The position numbers and the translations under genes were made by a program. A stretch of DNA of 63,382 nucleotides, the filler included, from Octopus bimaculoides (lineage: Eukaryota), in the NCBI RefSeq assembly GCF_001194135.2. It is 6 parts of 6 records of this genome, joined end to end, with 100 filler letters (N's around TTAATTAATTAA, not from the genome) between each part and the next. Parts side by side here need not be neighbours in the genome. Positions count along the whole stretch, not along the records: positions 45,571 to 58,248 come from NC_069007.1; positions 58,349 to 60,850 come from NW_026440031.1; positions 60,951 to 63,382 come from NW_026391769.1; 3 more parts are not named here. One strand, written 5' to 3'. Under the pieces are notes generated by a model. It was not told the DNA's origin and searched no databases. It worked only from the letters and a program-made list of their open reading frames with translations. This document shows positions 53,136 to 63,382 of this stretch, one piece after another (the first letter of the stretch is position 1; each line of letters opens with the position of its first letter).

Positions 53136-53519
53136 TTTTTGTTGGCACTCCGTCGCTTTCGACGTCGAGGGTTCCAGTTGATCCGATCAACGGAACAGCC
53201 TGCTTGTGAAATTAACGTGCAAGGGGCTGAGCACTCCACAGACACGTGTACCTTTAACGTAGTTCTCGGGGATAATCAGCGTGACACAGTGTGACAAGGC
53301 TGGCCCTTTGAATTACAGGCACAACAGAAACAGGAAGTAAGAGTGAGAGAAAGTTGTGGTGAAAGAGTACAGCAGGGTTCACTATCATCTCCTGCCAGAG
53401 CCCCGTGGAGCTTTAGGTGTTTTCGCTCAATAAACACTCACAACGCCCGGTCTCGTAATCGAAACCGCGATCCTATGACCGCGAGTCCGCTGCCCTAACC
53501 ACTGGGCCATTGCGCCTCC
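53136..53519 (-). mobile_element. Full-length tRNA(Arg)-like-headed SINE (~385 bp)
   Basis: Head as at 50714; tail ...gcgacggagtgccaaca as in 56911-57160. Confidence 0.92.
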
Positions 53520-54677
53520 AATAGCGTAGATAGGAATAAATTGTTCCAGTATTGGTGGCAAATGTTTGCACTAATCCAGCAGTAGCAGGGGATGGGGGTA
53601 AGTTGATTGGGTTCAATTGGTACTCATTGTATCGACCCCGAGAGGAGGAAAGGCAAAGTCAACCTCAGCAGAATTTGAACTCAGATGGTAAAGACAGATA
53701 GTAAAGACAGACGAAAATGTCGCTAAGCATTTTTGCCAGCGTGCGAACGGTTCTCTCACCTCACCACCTTAAATTAACCCAGGCGAAAATGAACTATTTG
53801 TACATATCCCTACAGGTATATAATGAATTTTCTGGGCATTCTAGACAATTTTGAAAACTGCTTTGGTTTGACTTGCATGAAAATCACCCAAAAACATTTC
53901 AATTACCAATAAACCGAAAGATTGTTCCTGTTCTATGAACGGTTTATTTCTTCCACTTCAAATACATGCAAAAATATCGCAGCATTATTAAGATGGCGCA
54001 TATCTAAAAAAAAAAATCTCCCAAGTTAATATCTTGATATACTTTCGACGTATATTTACAAAACCTGATAGCAATAATAATAACATTTCAAGAACCTTAT
54101 AGGTCTTATAAATCCGGTCGAGAGCAATTCAAAAATATTAAGCTATTGATCGAAATCGCTATCTTCATCAATGTTTCTTTTTTCTGTATTTCTTTTTCTT
54201 TTTCTTTTTTTTGTTGCACTTATTTTAATCTTTCAGGCTGTATGCGGCCATTTTCTTTTGTTATTGAATTTATTACAGTATGTTTATGGTATAATGTTTG
54301 CGATATTTTACTATATCACACCCGAGGCCATACTTTACCGACAAAATAACTTTCTGCAAGAGCAGTTTCGTCCTGTTTATTAATTTGGTATTTACTATAT
54401 TCATGGAACTAAACATTCTTTTAATTTCGGAAATTCGAAGTTATTGTTGTTATCGTCAATGAGGGTGGTGATAATAATGGTTTCAAAGTTTGGCTTATGA
54501 CCAGAAATTTCGGGGGGGGGAGTAGGAGTAGATTAAATCAACCCATCAACTGGTACTTATTTTATCGATCCGAAAGGATGAAAGGCCAAGTCGATTTGAA
54601 CTCAGAACGTAAAGACAGGCAAAAGGCTGCTGAATATTATCGCTGGTGTATTAACGATTCTACCAGCTTTGCTGCAT

Positions 54678-54720
<43 letters not shown>

Positions 54721-54722
54721 TG

Positions 54723-54756
<34 letters not shown>

Positions 54757-55075
54757 TAATAATAATAATAATAATAATNNNNNNNNNNNNNNNNNNNNNN
54801 NNNNNNNNNNNNNNNNNNNNNNNNNNNNNNNNNNNNNNNNNNNNNNNNNNNNNNNNNNNNNNNNNNNNNNNNNNNNNNNNNNNNNNNNNNNNNNNNNNNN
54901 NNNNNNNNNNNNNNNNNNNNNNNNNNNNNNNNNNNNNNNNNNNNNNNNNNNNNNNNNNNNNNNNNNNNNNNNNNNNNNNNNNNNNNNNNNNNNNNNNNNN
55001 NNNNNNNNNNNNNNNNNNNNNNNNNNNNNNNNNNTTATCGCTGGTGTATTAACGATTCTACCAGCTTTGCTGCAT

Positions 55076-55117
<42 letters not shown>

Positions 55118-55695
55118 CCCTGATGCAGTGCCAGGCAGTGGATCTCATGGCTTCTGATCTTAATTGATTGGAAGTGTTATCATGTACATTGTTTTGTCTT
55201 GGTATAAAAGATGGGCTACAGTAAATATTCTGCTCAATACCACGGATTTGCTTGTCAGTTGTTTGACCTTAACCAGTTGAGCATGTCCCTTGGTGGCTGA
55301 CGATATGTGCATCTCTGATCATGAGCAGAAGTAGTGGGGGAGCATCATAGCCATGTGTTGAGAGGAATTCTTTGGGGTTTGAATAATTCATCTCTGTGAA
55401 CATGGGTGTTTCGTTCAACATCCTGAAACAACCCTTATTCAGGGACTTTTTGAGCGGGATAGGCTACTCGACCTGATGAAAATTCTACCTGGTCTCCACC
55501 TACAAAGTCATAAGCTGTTTATATTGATATGAGATCACCATAATGTACACATATGGTTGTGACACTTTATTTCACGTTGCTCCAGTCCAATCAGCTGGCA
55601 AAAATGAGTAGTACCTGTATTTCAAAGGGCCAGCCTTGTCACGCTATGCGTCACGCTGAGTCTCCTTGAGAACTACGTTAGGGGTACACGTGTCT

Positions 55696-55926
55696 TATTT
55701 CTTTACTGCCCTCAAGAGGCTACACACAGAGGGAACAAACAAAGACATACAAACGGATTAAGTCGATTATATTGACCCCAGTGCGTAACTGGTACTTATT
55801 TAATCGGCCCCGAAAGGATGAAAGGCAAAGTAGACCTCGGCGGAATTTGAACTCAGAACGTAACGGCTGACGAAATACCGCTAAGCATTTCGCCCGACGT
55901 GCTAACGTTTCTGCCAGCTCGCCACC
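55696..55926 (-). mobile_element. SINE B2 inserted into another SINE, with a perfect 18-bp TSD
   Basis: ttaggggtacacgtgtct at 55678-55695 and 55927-55944; host SINE continues on both sides. Confidence 0.95.
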
Positions 55927-56910
55927 TTAGGGGTACACGTGTCTGTGGATTGCTCAGTCACTTGCACGTTAATTTCATGAGCAAGCTGTTCCGTTGATCG
56001 TATCAGCTGGGACCCTCGTCGTCGTAAGCGACGGAATGCTCATCCCTATTATATTAACCATTNNNNNNNNNNNNNNNNNNNNNNNNNNNNNNNNNNNNNN
56101 NNNNNNNNNNNNNNNNNNNNNNNNNNNNNNNNNNNNNNNNNNNNNNNNNNNNNNNNNNNNNNNNNNNNNNNNNNNNNNNNNNNNNNNNNNNNNNNNNNNN
56201 NNNNNNNNNNNNNNNNNNNNNNNNNNNNNNNNNNNNNNNNNNNNNNNNNNNNNNNNNNNNNNNNNNNNNNNNNNNNNNNNNNNNNNNNNNNNNNNNNNNN
56301 NNNNNNNNNNNNNNNNNNNNNNNNNNNNNNNNNNNNNNNNNNNNNNNNNNNNNNNNNNNNNNNNNNNNNNNNNNNNNNNNNNNNNNNNNNNNNNNNNNNN
56401 NNNNNNNNNNNNNNNNNNNNNNNNNNNNNNNNNNNNNNNNNNNNNNNNNNNNNNNNNNNNNNNNNNNNNNNNNNNNNNNNNNNNNNNNNNNNNNNNNNNN
56501 NNNNNNNNNNNNNNNNNNNNNNNNNNNNNNNNNNNNNNNNNNNNNNNNNNNNNNNNNNNNNNNNNNNNNNNNNNNNNNNNNNNNNNNNNNNNNNNNNNNN
56601 NNNNNNNNNNNNNNNNNNNNNNNNNNNNNNNNNNNNNNNNNNNNNNNNNNNNNNNNNNNNNNNNNNNNNNNNNNNNNNNNNNNNNNNNNNNNNNNNNNNN
56701 NNNNNNNNNNNNNNNNNNNNNNNNNNNNNNNNNNNNNNNNNNNNNNNNNNNNNNNNNNNNNNNNNNNNNNNNNNNNNNNNNNNNNNNNNNNNNNNNNNNN
56801 NNNNNNNNNNNNNNNNNNNNNNNNNNNNNNNNNNNNNNNNNNNNNNNNNNNNNNNNNNNNNNNNNNNNNNNNNNNNNNNNNNNNNNNNNNNNNNNNNNNN
56901 NNNNNNNNNN

Positions 56911-57160
56911 AACCCTGCTGTACTCTTTCACCACAACTTTCTCTCACTCTTACTTCCTGTTTCTGTTGTGCCTGTAAATCAAAGGGTCAGCCTTGTCACA
57001 CTGTGTCACGTTGAATATCCCCGAGAACTACGTTAAGGGTACACGTGTCTGTGGAGTGCTCAGCCACTTTCACGTTAATTTCACGAGCAGGCTGTTCCGT
57101 TGATCGGATCAACTGGAACCCTCGACGTCGTAAGCGACGGAGTGCCAACAACAACAACAT
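56911..57160 (+). mobile_element. 3' part of tRNA(Arg)-like-headed SINE
   Basis: Reverse complement of 53136-53390; (caa)n tail. Confidence 0.92.
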
Positions 57161-58116
57161 TTTCTTAACGATAATGAATTTTGCAATCTTTTCTTCTTCC
57201 AAACCTGTAGCCAAAAATTTACTGCGAAATTTAAATATATTTCTGTATCAGATTATAGAAAATGCATGGGGTATCCTCTGTCGGTTGGCATTCTTCACAA
57301 CTTTTGAGCAAATAGATTTAATCAGACGAGAAAGCTCTTTAAATAGTTTGGTTTAGTCTAAGTTTAAATATTTGATCAATTTGTTAAACTTGCACCAAAA
57401 CCAGTGTGAAGAATTTGAACTGTATAAATTAGTCTTCTTTTTCTGCTGCACTCACACTTTCAAAGTTAGTTTGTAGTTCTAACTTAGTTTACCATTTAAC
57501 ATACAGCAAAGTTAATAGTGAGAGTCACCTGGTGGCTGCATAATTGTTCAAAATTTTCAGAAGAATTTCGTTTATTTGTAACTTCATGGAACCGTTTGTA
57601 AGCCGTTCTCTCAATATGAAGACGTACAAGTAACTTATACGTTCAGTAACTGAAAATTCTATAATTCTTCCAAGAGATTCTACCGAAGCATGAAGCATTG
57701 TCAATTGCAATAAACAGCAAACAATTAATCAGAATTCTGGATGGGATTTGTTCCTAGAATGATTTTGTGGTTCGCGTGTTTACCTTGTAATACTTTGGTT
57801 CTGGTTTCAATTACTCTGCCAAGCAGTTGGGACAATATAAGTTTATATATTATAAACCTATATTATAATAGCTCTTTAATATAATCCTTGGACCTTGGAC
57901 TATAATAGTATCTTGTATTATAGTTCTGAACCGAGGAATGCCTTCTGAGTGGATTTAGCATACGGAGACTATATAAAAATTCGTCGGGTAACATATATAT
58001 ATATACATATATATATAGTTCAAAAAAACAATAACAAAAAAACAAAAAAACAACAAAGTGAGGACGTGATATGGATAGTATTATTGGACGCTCAGGAAAG
58101 GAAAGAGAGAGTGTAT

Positions 58117-58143
58117 GACGTTTCGGGCGTAGCCCTTCGTCGG
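58117..58143 (-). ncRNA. Degenerate minimal hammerhead-ribozyme motif (Penelope-type)
   Basis: CCGACGA-A-GGGC-tac-GCCC-GAAA-CGTC: stem II, GAAA and GUC site present; U4 changed to C. Confidence 0.5.
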
Positions 58144-58426
58144 AAAGATGGAAAGTTCGGAGAATGGAAGAACGGAGAAAGAGGAAAATGGTACCGATGC
58201 CCACGAGGTTACATTATACATATATATATATATATACATATATATATANNNNNNNNNNNNNNNNNNNNNNNNNNNNNNNNNNNNNNNNNNNNTTAATTAA
58301 TTAANNNNNNNNNNNNNNNNNNNNNNNNNNNNNNNNNNNNNNNNNNNNATATATTTGTATATGCATGTATGTGCGTATATAACTAGAGGTATATGAAACA
58401 AACATGTAAGCATATAGATAGATAGA

Positions 58427-58462
<36 letters not shown>

Positions 58463-58613
58463 TAAAAGAGAGAACTTGATATAGTCATAGATTTATTTAT
58501 ACATACACCATATTTATATACACACATGCGTATATGTGTGTGTGTGAGTGTGTATATTTCTTTACATTTATATGTATGTGTCCATACGTATGTTAAATGG
58601 ATATATACACATC

Positions 58614-58668
<55 letters not shown>

Positions 58669-58671
58669 ATC

Positions 58672-58706
<35 letters not shown>

Positions 58707-60413
58707 ATGTGTGTGCGTATTATATATTATATATTATACACACACACATATATGTATGTATGTATGTATTATATAATTAAGGTAATAAATACAAAAAGGG
58801 ACAAGTTTTAATAGTTTAAGACACACACAAAGAAACACACACACACACACACACACGCATAGAGACCCATACATACGCGCACACACGGAGCTAGTTGCAT
58901 ACTTATTTATCTCTTACATGCTTATGTGCTATTGTAAACATTGTTGCAAATATACTTGTAATAACTACAAGCAAACACCTTGACACATTCATTGATCTCA
59001 AGTATTTTTTTGAGAAATAAACGAATTCATTGTTAACCTCTAACTTTCGCAAAATCCACACAAATCCCCAAGTCACTCTTAGCTAACAAAGATTATCTTT
59101 CTAAAATATATTAGCAGTAATATTTTTGTTTTACACTACGAAGGCACATCATTTTCCCCCACTTCTTTTAGAACATGGTATAAATTTCAATAACTCCTCA
59201 AGTGTTAATCAAATTTGAAGAGTTTGGATAAAGTGTAGTTCGAACATAAGTGTATTAAGACTAAGTGGGAAATGCCGAGAAAATGAAACCCAGTGGCTTT
59301 ATATATTTACTATAAAGATATCATGTCTTATTGCCGAGCAGTCATTGCGAATCACCTATCTCTCAACTTTACTATTTCTTCACACATGTATATTTGCAAG
59401 TGTTTATATACATACATACCTATATATATATATATATATATATANNNNNNNNNNNNNNNNNNNNNNNNNNNNNNNNNNNNNNNNNNNNNNNNNNNNNNNN
59501 NNNNNNNNNNNNNNNNNNNNNNNNNNNNNNNNNNNNNNNNNNNNNNNNNNNNNNNNNNNNNNNNNNNNNNNNNNNNNNNNNNNNNNNNNNNNNNNNNNNN
59601 NNNNNNNNNNNNNNNNNNNNNNNNNNNNNNNNNNNNNNNNNNNNNNNNNNNNNNNNNNNNNNNNNNNNNNNNNNNNNNNNNNNNNNNNNNNNNNNNNNNN
59701 NNNNNNNNNNNNNNNNNNNNNNNNNNNNNNNNNNNNNNNNNNNNNNNNNNNNNNNNNNNNNNNNNNNNNNNNNNNNNNNNNNNNNNNNNNNNNNNNNNNN
59801 NNNNNNNNNNNNNNNNNNNNNNNNNNNNNNNNNNNNNNNNNNNNNNNNNNNNNNNNNNNNNNNNNNNNNNNNNNNNNNNNNNNNNNNNNNNNNNNNNNNN
59901 NNNNNNNNNNNNNNNNNNNNNNNNNNNNNNNNNNNNNNNNNNNNNNNNNNNNNNNNNNNNNNNNNNNNNNNNNNNNNNNNNNNNNNNNNNNNNNNNNNNN
60001 NNNNNNNNNNNNNNNNNNNNNNNNNNNNNNNNNNNNNNNNNNNNNNNNNNNNNNNNNNNNNNNNNNNNNNNNNNNNNNNNNNNNNNNNNNNNNNNNNNNN
60101 NNNNNNNNNNNNNNNNNNNNNNNNNNNNNNNNNNNNNNNNNNNNNNNNNNNNNNNNNNNNNNNNNNNNNNNNNNNNNNNNNNNNNNNNNNNNNNNNNNNN
60201 NNNNNNNNNNNNNNNNNNNNNNNNNNNNNNNNNNNNNNNNNNNNNNNNNNNNNNNNNNNNNNNNNNNNNNNNNNNNNNNNNNNNNNNNNNNNNNNNNNNN
60301 NNNNNNNNNNNNNNNNNNNNNNNNNNNNNNNNCACAGAACGTAATGACGGGCGAAATAGCGCTAAGCATTTCGCCCGGTGTGCTAAAGACTCTGCCGACT
60401 CGGCGCGTATTAA

Positions 60414-60496
<83 letters not shown>

Positions 60497-60950
60497 GTGT
60501 GGTATATATCTATATATATGTAATTTTCTATGTATGCTATTCTGTTTATGGATGCACACACACACAACACACGCACGCACGCATACACACAGATTCACAC
60601 ATTTAGTGGCAGTGAAAGAGAGAGAGAGAGACCGAGATAGAGAGAAAGAGAGAAACAGAGAAAGAGGGAGAGAGTGAGAGTCAGATATGTAGAGTATAGG
60701 CACATATATAATTATATACATATATACATAAATATATATATATATTTAAATATCTATATCTATATCTGTCTATCTGTCTGTATGTCTGTCTGTCTGTCTG
60801 CTTGTCTGTCTGTCTGTCTGTCTGTATGTATGTATGTAAGTAAGTATGTANNNNNNNNNNNNNNNNNNNNNNNNNNNNNNNNNNNNNNNNNNNNTTAATT
60901 AATTAANNNNNNNNNNNNNNNNNNNNNNNNNNNNNNNNNNNNNNNNNNNN

Positions 60951-60992
<42 letters not shown>

Positions 60993-61173
60993 TAACCCTC
61001 CCGTCATCTTTGTGTTTTATTTTTAAGAATTATACATACACGTGTATATGTGTGTGTGTGTGTATAATACGGTATATATACTCATATTATACACGTATGA
61101 TACTCCTTAATGTTATGTGTGCGTATATATAATAATGCATATATTAAACCATGTTCAAAGCACATATCTAAAT

Positions 61174-61212
<39 letters not shown>

Positions 61213-61246
61213 AGAGGAAAAACAACCGGCCACATATATACATAGG

Positions 61247-61287
<41 letters not shown>

Positions 61288-61470
61288 GTATGTACATATG
61301 CATATATGTGTGTGTGGATAGGCATTAAGATGTATTGAAAGTTACGAAATACACAAGTAATTATACTCTAAAGAGCGTGCGCGGCTTCGTTGGAAAGGTT
61401 TTATACCAAATCTTGTATTTTGCGCAGTATTTGAATGTGGAAACAAATATACCCGCATATGCGAGTGTCC

Positions 61471-61511
<41 letters not shown>

Positions 61512-62119
61512 CATACATAGACATATATATACATTTATATGTATATACTCATTTATATACACACATATATATACATATATATATATACACACATATATAT
61601 TCACATGTATGTATACATATATGTGAAAATGCATGTGTAGATATATATATATATATATGTGTGTGTGTACACACACACACACACACATATNNNNNNNNNN
61701 NNNNNNNNNNNNNNNNNNNNNNNNNNNNNNNNNNNNNNNNNNNNNNNNNNNNNNNNNNNNNNNNNNNNNNNNNNNNNNNNNNNNNNNNNNNNNNNNNNNN
61801 NNNNNNNNNNNNNNNNNNNNNNNNNNNNNNNNNNNNNNNNNNNNNNNNNNNNNNNNNNNNNNNNNNNNNNNNNNNNNNNNNNNNNNNNNNNNNNNNNNNN
61901 NNNNNNNNNNNNNNNNNNNNNNNNNNNNNNNNNNNNNNNNNNNNNNNNNNNNNNNNNNNNNNNNNNNNNNNNNNNNNNNNNNNNNNNNNNNNNNNNNNNN
62001 NNNNNNNNNNNNNNNNNNNNNNNNNNNNNNNNNNNNNNNNNNNNNNNNNNNNNNNNNNNNNNNNNNNNNNNNNNNNNNNNNNNNNNNNNNNNNNNNNNNN
62101 NNNNNNNNNNNNNNNNNNN

Positions 62120-62157
<38 letters not shown>

Positions 62158-62443
62158 ATATACATGTGTTATATACTGTGTGTGTGTGTATTTAACGTAG
62201 GAAAGGATCCTCTGCAATGGGATCTCAAACATTTTAATACCCAAAACAGCCGGATCCAAAATCTGCATTTTTTCAGGGGACGAAAAAGAGCAAAACACAA
62301 TTTAAAAAAAAAAATTATTCTATTTATAGTGGGAAGGCCATCGATGGACGATGAAAATTTGTTGAATGGCCACATGAGGCCCTGTGGAGCCGCTGTTGAG
62401 AACCACTGGTTTTGACACCATGGGAAAACATATATGTGTAGAC

Positions 62444-62521
<78 letters not shown>

Positions 62522-62584
62522 TCATTTCGATCTATATCTATGTATATATGAGTACATATATACCTATATACGTTACCTTCTTGC

Positions 62585-62623
<39 letters not shown>

Positions 62624-63382
62624 AAAAGTCAAGGTAGCAAATATTAAAATAACTTTATATAAAACATTTCAGTACCGGTTTCGGTCATTGAGACTTTTTC
62701 AACTATAAATATCGAAAACAATTAAATTTTGGAATGAAAAATTATATGAAAAGTTTTTTTAAAAAATATATGCATAGTATTCATATACAAGGGACATTGT
62801 CTCTGTCTTTCTTGTTTACTCTTGTGTATATATATATATATATATAGTAAGCAACATGAATATACATACAGGCATAAAAACATTTCGAAAGAAAATGAAA
62901 ATATTTATCTTCTAAAGGATTTGATTCAAGTGTCCCGTCTCGTCTGATATTTGAACACCATTGCATACGAAGTGACTTCGAAGTTGAACGGACCAGCCAT
63001 GTTGGGGAAAATAATAATACATAAACGGACACACACATATATATATATATCTATATACATAGTATACTTAATAATTGCACATATCGGCGCATGTATTTAG
63101 GAACAGATTAAAACATTGTATAGAATTAAGACTCGGAAGAATACATACAGACGTGGCCGAAATGCTCATCCCTTACAGATGTATGTCTATATAAAAAGAA
63201 TACAATCACATTTATACACACATGCATTATAGTTACACACATACATTCTATAGCCGCACATTTATATAAACAATATATTTGTACGCTCGTACACAGACAC
63301 ACACATTATATACGTATATACAATTGTATTCATATATATTCGTATATATGTGTAAACATACATATATATATATATATATATA

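Noticed and set aside
54637-55110. Identical ~45-bp segments plus (TAA)n either side of a gap
   Set aside because: Most likely unmerged overlapping contig ends rather than a true tandem duplication.
25041-60906. Five identical TTAATTAATTAA motifs, superficially a regularly recurring element
   Set aside because: Each is centred in exactly 44 N on both sides: an artificial six-frame-stop scaffold linker, not biology. It also means long-range adjacency here is assembly-dependent.
1-63382. CRISPR arrays, operons, rRNA or prokaryotic defence systems
   Set aside because: No repeat-spacer arrays or dense intact ORFs; the sequence is eukaryotic repeat-rich DNA. The only spaced direct repeat (tgcaagagctatgggca x2 at 38288 and 38315) is a two-copy local duplication.

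Overview
AT-rich, gap-ridden eukaryotic genomic DNA, mostly intronic or intergenic. The microsatellite load and tRNA-derived SINE families point to an octopod cephalopod (inference, no database search). Five artificial 100-nt linkers (N44-TTAATTAATTAA-N44) show the window is six joined scaffold segments. Almost all long ORFs in the supplied track are microsatellite or gap artefacts. Recognisable content: at least four SINE families; decayed RTE, R4/Dong-like, CRE-like, Penelope-like and possibly Tx1-like retroelements; two Tc1/mariner (maT/DD37D-like) transposase remnants; several MITEs; and degenerate Penelope-type hammerhead motifs. No named gene is recognisable. Splice-site reading gives two tentative models: a minus-strand secreted-protein N-terminus (33564-33515, 29781-29749, 24889-24817) and plus-strand exons at 3.7-12.9 kb. 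The most unusual signals are (i) a SINE subfamily whose four visible 3' junctions all sit at AGA(A/C)A(C/T)GT, three of them stacked in the head of a related SINE, and (ii) a ~180-bp-arm hairpin at 48.2-48.6 kb whose mismatches are strongly biased toward G-U pairs on the minus strand. I did not find a clearly new multi-gene system. Repeat boundaries are approximate.
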